Positions 1-9,821 are shown, counted from the first letter of the stretch. The stretch: DNA of 64,000 nucleotides from an uncultured Chloroflexia bacterium (GCA_963783135.1 CAWAMH010000002.1:29525-93524), one strand, 5' to 3'. A program made the numbers and translations. The notes: generated from the sequence alone by a model not told the origin.

Positions 1-651
1 CGCCGTCGGCACGGCGGTGGGCGTCGGGGTCGGTGTCGGTGCCCGGGTCGGCGTCGGGGTCGGGGTCGGATCCGGGGTCGGCTCGGGCGTGGGCTTGGGC
101 GTGGCGGTCCCGGGCAAGGGGAGGACCGTCATGAGGATGACGATCGGCTTCTGATAGTTGCCGTTGCAGCCGACGTTCTGGTACTCGTTCGCGGTCCAGT
201 TCGCGACGCCGATGGCCTTCCCGGTGACGGAGACCTTGAGGTTGAGGACGTCGTCGTCGGGGTCGCCGCGGAGGCGGTCGCCGTTCGAATCGCCGACGGC
301 GACGATCCCGCGCGGCGAGCTGGCGATGCTCGCCGACCAGGACAGACCGCCGGTGACCGAGGTGACATCGACCGCGGTCACGACATAGGCGGTCGGGATG
401 GCGACCGTGACGCAGCCGATCCCCGACGAGCCGCCGTTGTCCGATGAGGTGTTCTTGATCGTCAGCTTGACCGTCGCCGACGTCCCGTACGGGATGGTCA
501 GCCGGTCGGCGGCGATGGACCAGGACTGGGAGGCGGCGGACACCACCGGCCCGGCGAGCACTCCCGCGAGGAGGAGCGCAAGGAGCGCGGCGTACAACGC
601 CCGGACGGATCGGTCCTTCTGATCGTCGCCACGGCCGCGGAGCCGCGACAT
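1..651 (-). CDS. secreted or cell-surface protein with Pro/Thr-rich linker (3' end runs off the window)
   Basis: Absent from the ORF track because it is open at the window edge. Manual translation from ATG (649-651): MSRLRGRGDDQKDRSVRALYAALLALLLAGVLAGPVVSAASQSW..., which looks like a signal peptide. It ends in PTPEPTPDPTPTPTPT repeats. GC3 is near 100%. It starts 4 nt after the stop of the upstream gene. Confidence 0.55.
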   Translation of the reverse strand, partial: MSRLRGRGDDQKDRSVRALYAALLALLLAGVLAGPVVSAASQSWSIAADRLTIPYGTSATVKLTIKNTSSDNGGSSGIGCVTVAIPTAYVVTAVDVTSVTGGLSWSASIASSPRGIVAVGDSNGDRLRGDPDDDVLNLKVSVTGKAIGVANWTANEYQNVGCNGNYQKPIVILMTVLPLPGTATPKPTPEPTPDPTPTPTPTRAPTPTPTPTAVPTA

Positions 652-655
652 CGGT

Positions 656-2489
656 TCAGGCGACCTTGCTGTACGGCGCCCAAAGGCGCCCGGGGGCGGT
701 CTCGTTCCCGGGCAGCGGCGCTTCGTCGTCGGTCCGGAGGCCCTCGACGAAGACCGCCACGAGCCGCGACTCGAGCTGGCTGCCGGCCGCCTCCTCGAGG
801 CGCCGCAGTGCTTCGTCGACGTCGAGCGCCTTCCGGTAGGGCCGGGTGGTCGTCATCGCCGAGAACGCGTCGGCCACCGCCACGATCCGAGCCACGAGCG
901 GGATCTCGTCGCCGGCCAGCCCGTCGGGATAGCCGCCGCCATCCCAGCGCTCGTGGTGGTGCCGGATCCCGGCCCGGATGAGGTCGCAGTCGGGCAGGTC
1001 GCGGACGATGAGGTCGCCGAGGGCGACGTGCTGCTTCATCACCGCGAACTCGTCGTCGGTGAGCCGCGCCGGCTTGCGCAGGATCCCGTCGGGGACGCCG
1101 ATCTTGCCGACGTCGTGGAGGAGGCCGGCGACCCGGATCGTGGCGACCAGGTCGGGCTCGAGGCCGAGCCGCTGGCCGAGGTAGACGGCATAGCGGGCCA
1201 CGTCCTCCGAGTGTCGCTTCGTGTACCGGTCGCGGCCGTCGACCGCCATGACGAGCCCCTGGTAGACATCGAAGGTCCGCGTCTCGACGGGGATCTCGAG
1301 GTTCGAGCCGGCGACCCGGATGGCGTCCCCGCCGCTGCTCTTCGCCTCCTGGAGCGTGATCGTCGCCGCCGAGAGCAGGTCGGTGACCGAGCTCGCGTGC
1401 TCCGGGTAGGCACAGATGCCGGCGCTGATCGTGACCGGCAGCGACTCGGACTCGCCGAACTGGAGCGCGCGCTCGGCGAGGGCGAGGCGGAGTCGCTCGA
1501 TCGCCTGCTCGAGGACCGCGACCTCGACGGACGGTTCGATGACGAGGAACTCGTCGGGACCGTACCGGCCGAGGATCGCCCCGGCCGGGAACTCCACCCG
1601 GAGTAGCGCGCTGAGCGTCAGGATCGCCTGGTCGCCGGCCGCGTGGCCGTGGGTGTCGTTGAGCAGCCGGAAGTTGTCGATGTCGAGCAGGGCGACCGCG
1701 ATCGGCTCCTTCGTCGTCCGCGCCGTCTCGATCGTCGCGGCGAGTGCGGCGACGAGCGTGCCGTGGTTCGGCGTGTCGGTCAGCGGGTCGCGTCGTGTCG
1801 CCTCGACGAGCTGGTCGGTCTGACGGTTGATCCGCGCCTGCGCCGCGCGGAACACGAGGAAGAGCACGAACGCCGCGACGAGACCCGCCGTGAGGGTCAC
1901 GACGATGATGTCCTGGCGGACCGAATCCGAGCCGGGCGCTGACCGGCTCGCCGTCCCGCCACAGCCCGACCACAGCGAGGACGCGATCGCCGCGCTTGAG
2001 CGGGAGGTACTCGCGCAGCAGCGACTCGGTGGTCAATCCCGGACCGAGGGCCTCCGCTGTGGCCGGCTTGGCGAACGTGGCGGTCGGCGTCCCGTTCAGC
2101 GCCTTCGTGAAGTCGTCGGTCGGGCCTGCGCGTGAACCGACGGCGGCCAGATCGTCCGAGGCGATGACCACCCCGTCCGGCCGACGGAGCTCGACCCGGG
2201 CGATGCCGCCAGGCGAGAGCAGGTCGTGGAGGGGACGCTGGAGGGTCGCGGCCAGCGTGTAGGTCGTCGCGTCGGGCTCGAAGTCCTCGGCCTTCAGCGA
2301 GTTCGCGTTGACGATCGCGCGGACCGTCGCGGCGTCGCTGCCGACGACCGCCTCGAGGATCGACTGCGAGTACGTCGTCGAGACGAGGACGGCCTGGGCC
2401 ATCGCCGTGATCCCGACGATCATGAGGAACGCGCCGAAGACGAGCAGCAGAAGGATCGGCTTGCGTGGATGGGCGAGGGTCCCGAACAC
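656..2489 (-). CDS. membrane sensor with GGDEF diguanylate cyclase and HD-GYP domains (one frame break in this assembly)
   Basis: ORF 656..1900 carries a GGDEF block (LLDIDNFRLLNDTHGHAAGD...GRYGPDEFLV) and an HD-GYP block (LLHDVGKIGVPD...HHHERWDGGGYP). The N-terminal TM helix plus sensor region lies in the 498..2489 frame (MFGTLAHPRKPILLLLVFGAF...VVGLWRDGEPVSA). Removing one G from GGG at 1934-1936 joins the two frames. Confidence 0.8.
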
Positions 2490-2596
2490 GGTCGGACGCC
2501 TCCGTCTTCGCTCGAACGGATTGAAGTCCAGCCTACGGTCGAGGGCGTGCGGAGCCCACCTGACCTACGTACGGGGCGTGCGGCGGGACGAAGGGG

Positions 2597-2815
2597 CTAG
2601 TCGTCGTCGTCCGAGGGCCCCTTGGCGACCGAAACACCCGCCTCCGCGTCCGGCTCGAAGCCGCGGCAGGCGACCACCGGGAGGCCCGGATAGCGCGGGA
2701 AGGCCGGGTCGGTGGCCGACCGTCCGCACAACCAGAAGCTCGACCCGCGGGCGGACCGGATCGGCCGACCGTGGATGCACGCGGCGCACAGGCCGGGGTC
2801 GATCGTCGGCCGCAT
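2597..2815 (-). CDS. small Cys-rich conserved hypothetical protein (possible Zn-binding)
   Basis: This is the tail of ORF 2597..2968, starting at an internal Met: MRPTIDPGLCAACIHGRPIRSARGSSFWLCGRSATDPAFPRYPGLPVVACRGFEPD... The part upstream of this Met is Arg-rich junk. The start lies 3 nt after the stop of the preceding small ORF. Confidence 0.5.
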   Translation of the reverse strand: MRPTIDPGLCAACIHGRPIRSARGSSFWLCGRSATDPAFPRYPGLPVVACRGFEPDAEAGVSVAKGPSDDDD

Positions 2816-2817
2816 CC

Positions 2818-2961
2818 TCAGGGTCGGACCGGTCTCCCGATCACCCGTCCGACGGCGCGCACGACGAGCGCGGCCGCGAGCACGACCAGGCCGATGCCGA
2901 TGTACGTCTGGGGAGCCCCGTTCGCCACGTCGAGGCCGACCATCCGCTTCAGGTAGTCCAT
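2818..2961 (-). CDS. small (47 aa) single-TM membrane protein
   Basis: This is the tail of the artifactual ORF 2818..4419: MDYLKRMVGLDVANGAPQTYIGIGLVVLAAALVVRAVGRVIGRPVRP. It has a hydrophobic core and GC3-saturated codons. Confidence 0.35.
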   Translation of the reverse strand: MDYLKRMVGLDVANGAPQTYIGIGLVVLAAALVVRAVGRVIGRPVRP

Positions 2962-2997
2962 CGGCCAAGGATAGACCTCGGTCGTCGCCCGACAGCG

Positions 2998-3087
<90 letters not shown>

Positions 3088-3119
3088 GAGGCCGAGGATA
3101 GCAGCGGATCGGAGCCGGC

Positions 3120-4910
3120 CTACGCCTCCGCTTCGACGACGAACTCGCCGGGTGCGATCCCGAATGTCCAGGCGACGGCCGACTGGCAGTCGCGCATCTG
3201 CGGCGGGACGCGCAGCCAGTAGGTCCGGCGCGAACCGTCGGGTTCCGGCGTGGAGTTGCGGACCTCGACCATCACGAGTGGGTCGTCGCCGCGCCGTTCG
3301 GCCCGCCACAGACGGCGCGGCTGCCCGAGCCCGTCGACATCGGTGTGGATCACCTCGCCGACCGCCTGCACGAAGCGCTCCGCACCGTACGTTTCGATGA
3401 GGACGCGACGCAGGTTCAGGTCCGGTTCGGCCACGATGAGCTCGGCGCTCTTCGTCGCCTCCGTCGTGTAGCGCTCGCGTCCGAACCGGTCGAGCAGCGC
3501 GGTCCGTTGACGACCCGTCGCGTTCCGGACGTCCGCGAACCAGATGGCGGCCGGGTCCTCGACGGCGACCCGGGGCAACGCCACGCCGTGGAGCGCCCAG
3601 ACCGACCAGCCGTCGCCATAGCGGAGCGCGGGGCCGTCGTCCGCGTGGACCTGGCCCGACGCGTCGACCCGGACCTCGACCGGCGGATCCTGGAAGACGC
3701 TCAGGCCATCGAATGACCGCCAGGCGTCGCAGGTCGCCGCCAATCGGCCGACGTGCGCGGTCGTCGACGTCGGCCAGATCGACCCGGTCGCGGCCAGACA
3801 CCCGAGCTCCGCGGCGCCGGCGACGTGGCGTGTCGCGGTCAGATACGACGCTCGCTCGGTGCGATCGAACCCATCCCGCTCGAGCTGGTACCCGACGATC
3901 GGGTCGAGTGGAGCCGCCCGGTCGCTCGCGGCCCAATGACCGATCCGGGCCGGGTCCGGTTGGCGCGACGGCGGCACCAGGTCGACCGGGGCAAAGGTCG
4001 CGCCAGTGGGCCAGGCCCGGGATCCGGCCCCGTCCGCCATCGATCGCAGCTGCCCGTCGATGACCACCGCGACCTCGGCGTCGATCCCCGGATGGCCGGC
4101 CACCACCGCCTCCCAGGCCGCGAGGGCCGGCCCGCCGCCCGCTAGCCGCGTGCACAGGTCGTCGATGAGCAGCCCGGCGATCACCATCTCGCGCGGCGAC
4201 CGCAGCCAGACGCGGACGGCCGGCGGAGCGAGACCGCGCTCGACGTAGAGCGCGTCTGCGGCGGCTTCCGCGGCCGATCGATCCACGGGCCGTGGGGCCA
4301 GTCGGTCCATCGCCCAGTGTTGCTGGAAGCTTGTCCTGAGGGCCGACGTCGCTGCGGGTTCGGGTGCCGGCCGCCGCGCCGTCGACATGACCGGGGTGAC
4401 GGGCCAGGATCGAGGCCACTGGACACCGGGTCGGGTCCAGCGGAGTGCCACCCAGCCGACGCAGCCGGCGAGGATCGCCCCGAGCGCCAGGTGGGTGGTC
4501 GTCCAGTCGACCATGTCGACCGGCGAGATCCCGGCGAAGACGACGAGGCCGGCGGCGAAGGCGAGCGGCCCGGAGGCGATCGCGAGCGCCTGCCCGGGCC
4601 GGTGACCGGACCTGGGAGCCTCGCCGCGCGATCGGATGGCCGCCGGAACCGACGCCAGCGCGACCCAGCCCATCGCGCCGCAGGTCGCGATCAGCACGAT
4701 GTACATACCCGAGGCCGCCGAGTCGCGGGACCGGAACGCCTCGACGAGGATCATCAGGAGCGCCGCCCCGAAACCGGATGCGGCGACCATCGTCGGCCGC
4801 GAGGGCCGCGGCCGGCCGCTCCTCGTCGGTCGCTCGCTCAGGAGATAGGTCAGGCCGCTCCAGACGGCGACCCAGGCGATGCCGACCTCGATGCCAAACC
4901 CGTTCGTCAC
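3120..4910 (-). CDS. multi-TM membrane protein with C-terminal DUF6745-like domain
   Basis: ORF 3120..4952. The N-terminal ~190 aa are hydrophobic helices. The C-terminal part (...ALYVERGLAPPAVRVWLRSP...RYGDGWSVWALHGVALP...RRVLIETYGAERF...STPEPDGSRRTYWLRVPP...AVAWTFG) resembles the DUF6745 family from memory. A GTG at 4908-4910 sits just after the upstream stop, so the start is uncertain (4910 or 4952). Confidence 0.6.
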   Translation of the reverse strand: MTNGFGIEVGIAWVAVWSGLTYLLSERPTRSGRPRPSRPTMVAASGFGAALLMILVEAFRSRDSAASGMYIVLIATCGAMGWVALASVPAAIRSRGEAPRSGHRPGQALAIASGPLAFAAGLVVFAGISPVDMVDWTTTHLALGAILAGCVGWVALRWTRPGVQWPRSWPVTPVMSTARRPAPEPAATSALRTSFQQHWAMDRLAPRPVDRSAAEAAADALYVERGLAPPAVRVWLRSPREMVIAGLLIDDLCTRLAGGGPALAAWEAVVAGHPGIDAEVAVVIDGQLRSMADGAGSRAWPTGATFAPVDLVPPSRQPDPARIGHWAASDRAAPLDPIVGYQLERDGFDRTERASYLTATRHVAGAAELGCLAATGSIWPTSTTAHVGRLAATCDAWRSFDGLSVFQDPPVEVRVDASGQVHADDGPALRYGDGWSVWALHGVALPRVAVEDPAAIWFADVRNATGRQRTALLDRFGRERYTTEATKSAELIVAEPDLNLRRVLIETYGAERFVQAVGEVIHTDVDGLGQPRRLWRAERRGDDPLVMVEVRNSTPEPDGSRRTYWLRVPPQMRDCQSAVAWTFGIAPGEFVVEAEA

Positions 4911-4914
4911 GGGT

Positions 4915-5400
4915 TCAGTCGCCGGCGTACCGCCAGTTCTCCTCGTCGCCATCGGCGTCGGTCCAGACCCGTTGCTGGATGACCTGATACGTCCCGGCCG
5001 GCAGCGACAGCGTGTCGTGCTCCTCGTGGCGGAGCTCCACGTCGCGCATCAGCCGGAGGAACCGGGCGCGCTCGCCGACGGACAACAGGGTGGCCTCCTC
5101 GGGCGGAGCGTCCACGACGTGGGCGTGACCGGTGACCTCGCCGTAGGCGAGAACGAGCCGTCCCGCGTCGCGCGGGACCTCCCGCGCGGCGGCCGGGATG
5201 TCCTGGACGGGTCGAAGGAGCACGTCGCCCTGGCGGACGATCATCGGGGCTCGTACCTGGCCGGCTGCAGCATCCACGTCGGACCCTCCCTGCGCGTCGT
5301 CGAGGGCAGCACAGCCCTCGTCCCGACCGATCCGACCATCGCATGAACCGGGGTCCTGGCGGACTAGTACAAAGGTCCCGGTCGGCACGATCAGAGGCAT
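4915..5400 (-). CDS. hypothetical protein with RQGDVLL...GEVTGHAH motif (seen in many phage and bacterial small proteins)
   Basis: ORF translation contains MIVRQGDVLLRPVQDIP...RLVLAYGEVTGHAHVV. Codon bias is coding-like. The start is uncertain; an internal Met is possible. Confidence 0.55.
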   Translation of the reverse strand: MPLIVPTGTFVLVRQDPGSCDGRIGRDEGCAALDDAQGGSDVDAAAGQVRAPMIVRQGDVLLRPVQDIPAAAREVPRDAGRLVLAYGEVTGHAHVVDAPPEEATLLSVGERARFLRLMRDVELRHEEHDTLSLPAGTYQVIQQRVWTDADGDEENWRYAGD

Positions 5401-5436
5401 GGATCCGGCACCGACGCACCACGATCTCGCGGACCG

Positions 5437-6240
5437 TCAACCGTCGAGGTCGTGGACCACCCAGATGTTGGCGTCGCGATAGGTCCCGCGGTCGGCGGCC
5501 AGGTCGATCTCGACCGGGTTGGTGGCGACCGGCAGGTAGTACGGCCCGCTGACCGGGAACTCGAGACCCGTCCACTCGCGCCAGTCGGCGATCGAGCCCG
5601 AGATCGTCATCGACCGGGGCGAGCCCCGGACGACCCGGCCGCCGAGCCGAACGTGGGTCCGCAGCCACGGATCCATCGGCAGGCCGTCGGGTCGGCGCCA
5701 GTCCGCGTAGTCGTCGATCGACATCAGCGGATAGCGCGCCTTGTCCGTAGGGCGGACGCAGGCGATGAGCCGCCGGAGGCCGTTCTGGACCGCCGTCTGG
5801 CGCATCGACCCGAGCGTGAGCCGGGCCAGACCGCGGCCTTGCTGGGACGGCGCGACCACGATCTGGAGCGCCCCGAGCGTGTCTGGCAGCCGGCCGGCGT
5901 CGAGATCCGCCGCCGATCGTTCGAACTGGTCGTCCCAGCCGCCGGGCAGGTCGGCATCGGTCCCATCCCAGACGAGGGGCGCCGAGTTGAACGCCGAGAC
6001 GATCGCTCCGTCCGGGCCGAGCAGACACGCCTGGTACCGCGGCCAATCGGCGAACAGACGATCCCAATGCCGGTCGGCCGTCGTGTCCTGGAGCATGAAC
6101 TCCGGCCAGACCCAGACGTTGTGATCGCCCATCGGCCCACGGAGCGAGGGATCGTCGGCCAGCGTGACGAAACGATGGCCAGCCGGCAGCTCCGGGTCGC
6201 CGCCGCGATGGCGCGGGTGCTCGGTCGAAGCGTCGGTCAC
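5437..6240 (-). CDS. GNAT family N-acetyltransferase
   Basis: 267-aa ORF with an acetyl-CoA-binding-type motif (LQIVVAPSQQGRGLARLTL). The composition looks like a real protein. It overlaps the stop of the RDD gene by 4 nt. Confidence 0.7.
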   Translation of the reverse strand: MTDASTEHPRHRGGDPELPAGHRFVTLADDPSLRGPMGDHNVWVWPEFMLQDTTADRHWDRLFADWPRYQACLLGPDGAIVSAFNSAPLVWDGTDADLPGGWDDQFERSAADLDAGRLPDTLGALQIVVAPSQQGRGLARLTLGSMRQTAVQNGLRRLIACVRPTDKARYPLMSIDDYADWRRPDGLPMDPWLRTHVRLGGRVVRGSPRSMTISGSIADWREWTGLEFPVSGPYYLPVATNPVEIDLAADRGTYRDANIWVVHDLDG

Positions 6241-6845
6241 GCCGTCCGCTTGACGACCACGGTGCCGGCGATCAGGTCATGCCAGCAGCGCTTCCGCTTG
6301 TCGACGAAGATCCAGATGAACCCGAGGTAGAAGACGAGGCCGTCGATGACGTACAGCCCGAATAGCCGCAGGAGCGCCGACCCTGCGCTCACCGGGCCGC
6401 CATCTCGATCGCGAACGACGTGGAGCTGGAACATCCGCAGTCCGGGCGTCTGACCGGTCTTGGTCCAGAAGTACGGGAAGTAGCCGATGAAGACCGCGAG
6501 GCCGCCGATCGTCCAGATCAGGAACGCCAGCGGCCAGGCGACCAACGCGACGAGGAGACCGACCAGCCCGACCCCGATGACCAGGACTCCGATGATGAGC
6601 GAGTCGACGAGGTACGCGACGAGCCGCTCACCGGCCCCACCGAACTCGTAACCCGGCGCAGGTCCGACGACGTCATCAGGGCGCTCCCAGGCCGACGGCG
6701 GTGGTGCCGGTGACGGCGCGGCCGCAGCCGGCGGCGGGGTGGCAGGCGGAGGCACAGCCGGCGCGGGTGGCGGCTGGGGTGATTCGGGCGCGCCGCCGGT
6801 CGGCTCGGCCGGGGACTCCGGCGTCGGTTCCTGGGGCGTTTCCAC
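6237..6845 (-). CDS. RDD family membrane protein with Pro-rich N-terminus
   Basis: Pro/Ala-rich N-terminal tail followed by AGERLVAYLVDSLIIGVL..., three TM segments and ...CWHDLIAGTVVV, typical of the RDD domain. Confidence 0.85.
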   Translation of the reverse strand: METPQEPTPESPAEPTGGAPESPQPPPAPAVPPPATPPPAAAAPSPAPPPSAWERPDDVVGPAPGYEFGGAGERLVAYLVDSLIIGVLVIGVGLVGLLVALVAWPLAFLIWTIGGLAVFIGYFPYFWTKTGQTPGLRMFQLHVVRDRDGGPVSAGSALLRLFGLYVIDGLVFYLGFIWIFVDKRKRCWHDLIAGTVVVKRTA

Positions 6846-6881
6846 GGTCGACCTCCCTCGGTGGACCGAGCGCCCACGCGT

Positions 6882-8223
6882 TCAGTCCGGTAGCGGGATG
6901 GTATCGCGGCCGAGATAGGGTCGGAGCACGTCGGGCACGTCGACCGCTCCATCCGGACGCTGATACGTCTCGAGCAGCGCCGCGACGACCCGGGCCAGGG
7001 CGAGGCCGCTGCCGTTGAGCGTATGGACGAGCTCCGGCTTGGCGCCGGGTTCGGGCCGATAGCGGACCGCCATCCGACGGGCCTGATAGTCGCGGAAGTT
7101 GGAGCACGAGCTGACCTCGAGCCAGCGCTCGACGCCGGGCGCCCAGACCTCGAGGTCGTACTTCTTGGCCTGCGTGAAGCCCATCTCACGGGTGCTCATC
7201 AGCACGACCCGGTAGGTCAGCCCGAGGCGCTGGAGGAGATCCTCGGCCCGGCCGGTCATCCACTCGAGCGCGTCCGACGATGCCTCGGGTCGTTCGAACA
7301 GGACCATCTCGACCTTGTCGAACTGATGGACGCGGAGGATGCCCCGGGTGTCCTTGCCCGCGGCCCCGGCCTCGCGGCGGAAGCACGGCGTATAGGCCGC
7401 GTAGCGGATCGGCAGCTCGGCGGCCTCGAGGATCTCGTCCCGGTGGAGGTTCGTGACCGGGACCTCGGCGGTCGGGCACGAGGTAGAGCTCGTCGCGGGT
7501 GACGACGTACATCTGGTCTTCCTTGTCCGGGATCTGGCCCGTCCCGCGCGCCGAGGCGGCGTTGACGACCGCCGGCGGCCAGATCTCGGTGAACCCGTTC
7601 TCGCGGCCGTGGACGTCGAGGAACCAGCTGATCAAGCTGCGCTGGAGGGTCGATCCGAGCCCGCGGTAGACCGGGAAGCCGGAGCCGGCGATCTTCGCGC
7701 CGCGCTCGAGATCGAGGATGCCGAGCCGGGCGGCGACGTCCCAGTGCGGCTGGCGCTCCCAGGTCGCGCCCTCGGCGTCGGCGCCGACATCGCCGGCCCG
7801 TGGCTGGACGCGCGGCAGCTGTTCGCCCCATTCGCGGACCGTGACGTTGGCGTCCTCGTCGCCGACCGGCACCTCGGGGTCGGCCGGGTTCGGGATCCGG
7901 AGCATCAGGTCGTCGAGCTCGGTCTCGACGTCGGCCAGCTCGGCGTCGATCGCGACGATCCGCTCGCCGGCGGTGGTCGAGGCCGCCTTGAGCGTGGCGA
8001 CGTCCGGACCGTTCGGATCGGCGCCAGCGCGGACCGCCTCGCCGATCGACTTCGAGGCCTGGTTCCGCTCACCCTTCAGTCGATCACCCTCGGCAAGGAG
8101 CTCGCGCCGGCGGCCGTCGAGACCGAGCGCGCGGTCGACGAGGGTGGCGTCCTCGCCCTTGTCGATCGCTCCCTGGCGGACGGTCGCGGCGTCGTCACGG
8201 AGCCGCTGCAACCCGACGCTCAT
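6882..8223 (-). CDS. serS: serine--tRNA ligase (one frame break in this assembly)
   Basis: The N-terminal coiled-coil and core lie in ORF 7186..8223 up to ...[13 protein letters not shown]. My manual translation of the frame of ORF 6882..7307, extended upstream, gives [61 protein letters not shown]...TLNGSGLA. Removing one G from GGG at 7474-7476 restores a 446-aa SerRS. Confidence 0.92.
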
Positions 8224-9821
8224 GCGCTCGCCACCTCCCGCCCGCTCGCTTCACGCAGCCGCTCGAGCACGAACCCCGGCTCCAGACCGGCCAGCAGCCA
8301 GCCGGCTCGCGGTCCGTTCGAACGACCGAGGAACGCAGCATAGAGCGCCGCGAAGGCGCGACCGTTCGGCAGCCCCAGCTCGGCGGCCGTCGCGAAGATC
8401 AGGGCCTGCCAGGCGGTCCCGCCCTCGGGGCGCTGCTCCGCGGCGGTCTCGGCCAGGGCGCCGAGGTAGGCAAGCTCGGCCGATCCGAGCTCGGCGACGG
8501 CGGGCGGCAGGCCATCCGTCCGGACCGCGATCCTGGCCGACTCCGGTGCGTAGGCGTCGAGCCAGCGCCGCGCGGCCGTGACCCGCTCGTCGAGGATGGC
8601 GACCTCGCGCGGGCTCAGCGGCGCGCCCTTGTCCGGCGCGAACAGGGCGGGTTCGATCGGCTTGACCTGGACGAGGGTCGCGACGTGGCCGAAGCTCGGC
8701 CGGTAGGCGGCCGCCTCGGCGGTGACATCGGTGTCGGGGTCGAGCAACGAGTAGCGGAACACCGACTCCGGCGACGGCGGCAGGCTGCCCTTGACCTCTC
8801 GACCGGCGGTCGCGGCGGCCAGCCGGTCGAACTCGTCGAACAGGCGCGGGATCGCGTCGGTCCCCTCCGGATCGAACTCGATCGCGCTCTGCGGCCGGGG
8901 CCGGAGGAACAGCAGCCGGAGCTGCTCGGCCGGCACGACCTCGACGATCCGATGGGCCGCCGCCCCGCGACCCTTCGAGGTCGACATCTTCTGGCCGCCG
9001 ATGTTCAGGAACTCGTAGGCCACGTTGAGCGGCGGTTCGCGCTCGAAGATCTCGCGGGCGATCGCGTCCGACCGGTCGCGCGACCCGCCGGCGGTCGACA
9101 GGTCCTTGCCGCACGGTTCGATCGTGACCCCGAACAGGCTCCACTGGGCCGCCCACTCCAGGTTCCACGGCAGCTTCGCGTTCCCGCCGAACGGCGAGAC
9201 CCAGCCGGATGCGCCACAGCCGTGCGCCCACGTCACCTGGTCCGGCCGGCACTCGTAGAAGACCCGCTCGCCGTCCCAGCGGGTCACGATCGTCGTGCCG
9301 ACCTTGCCGCAGGTCGGGCAGATGATCCCGAGCGGATGCCATTCGTCGGGGTGCTGGACATTCGCGACCCGGCGGTAGATCTCGCGGACCTGGGCGGCCC
9401 GGTCGAGGGCGACCCGGATGAACGGATCCATCTCGCCGGTCGGGTAGATCTCGCTCATCCAGTAATACCGGTCGGGTCGGATCCCGAGACCGGCGAACGT
9501 GTCGATGAACGCCTGGGCGTGATGACGGGCGTACGACGCGTGACCATCGCCCGCCTGGTCGGGGACGTGGGCCAGCGGGCGGCCCATCTCGTGCTCGACG
9601 GCGTCCGGGGTCAGGAGCGCCTGGGCGTCCATCGGGTCGAGGTCGTCGACGCCGTACAGGAAGCGGGTCTCGAGACCGCGGGTCCGGAGCGCACGCACGA
9701 TGACGTCGAGGATGACCGGGCCGCGCAGGCTGCCGACGTGAACGGTCCCGGACGGCGTCTTGCTGTCGTTGACGACCTGCGGCCCGTCTACCGATGCGGC
9801 GAGTTCGTCGGCCCAGTCCAT
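8220..9821 (-). CDS. lysK: lysine--tRNA ligase, class I
   Basis: From the internal Met of ORF 8220..10163: MDWADELAAS...SGTVHVGSLRG (HIGH-like) ...GGQKMSTSKG (KMSKS). The architecture is class I LysRS. The ATGA overlaps the serS start. Confidence 0.9.
   Translation of the reverse strand: MDWADELAASVDGPQVVNDSKTPSGTVHVGSLRGPVILDVIVRALRTRGLETRFLYGVDDLDPMDAQALLTPDAVEHEMGRPLAHVPDQAGDGHASYARHHAQAFIDTFAGLGIRPDRYYWMSEIYPTGEMDPFIRVALDRAAQVREIYRRVANVQHPDEWHPLGIICPTCGKVGTTIVTRWDGERVFYECRPDQVTWAHGCGASGWVSPFGGNAKLPWNLEWAAQWSLFGVTIEPCGKDLSTAGGSRDRSDAIAREIFEREPPLNVAYEFLNIGGQKMSTSKGRGAAAHRIVEVVPAEQLRLLFLRPRPQSAIEFDPEGTDAIPRLFDEFDRLAAATAGREVKGSLPPSPESVFRYSLLDPDTDVTAEAAAYRPSFGHVATLVQVKPIEPALFAPDKGAPLSPREVAILDERVTAARRWLDAYAPESARIAVRTDGLPPAVAELGSAELAYLGALAETAAEQRPEGGTAWQALIFATAAELGLPNGRAFAALYAAFLGRSNGPRAGWLLAGLEPGFVLERLREASGREVASA

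Noticed and set aside
3088-6240. A genomic island integrated at tRNA-Ser.
   Set aside because: No integrase or recombinase is present, I saw no direct repeat of the tRNA 3' end, and GC and codon usage look like the rest of the window.
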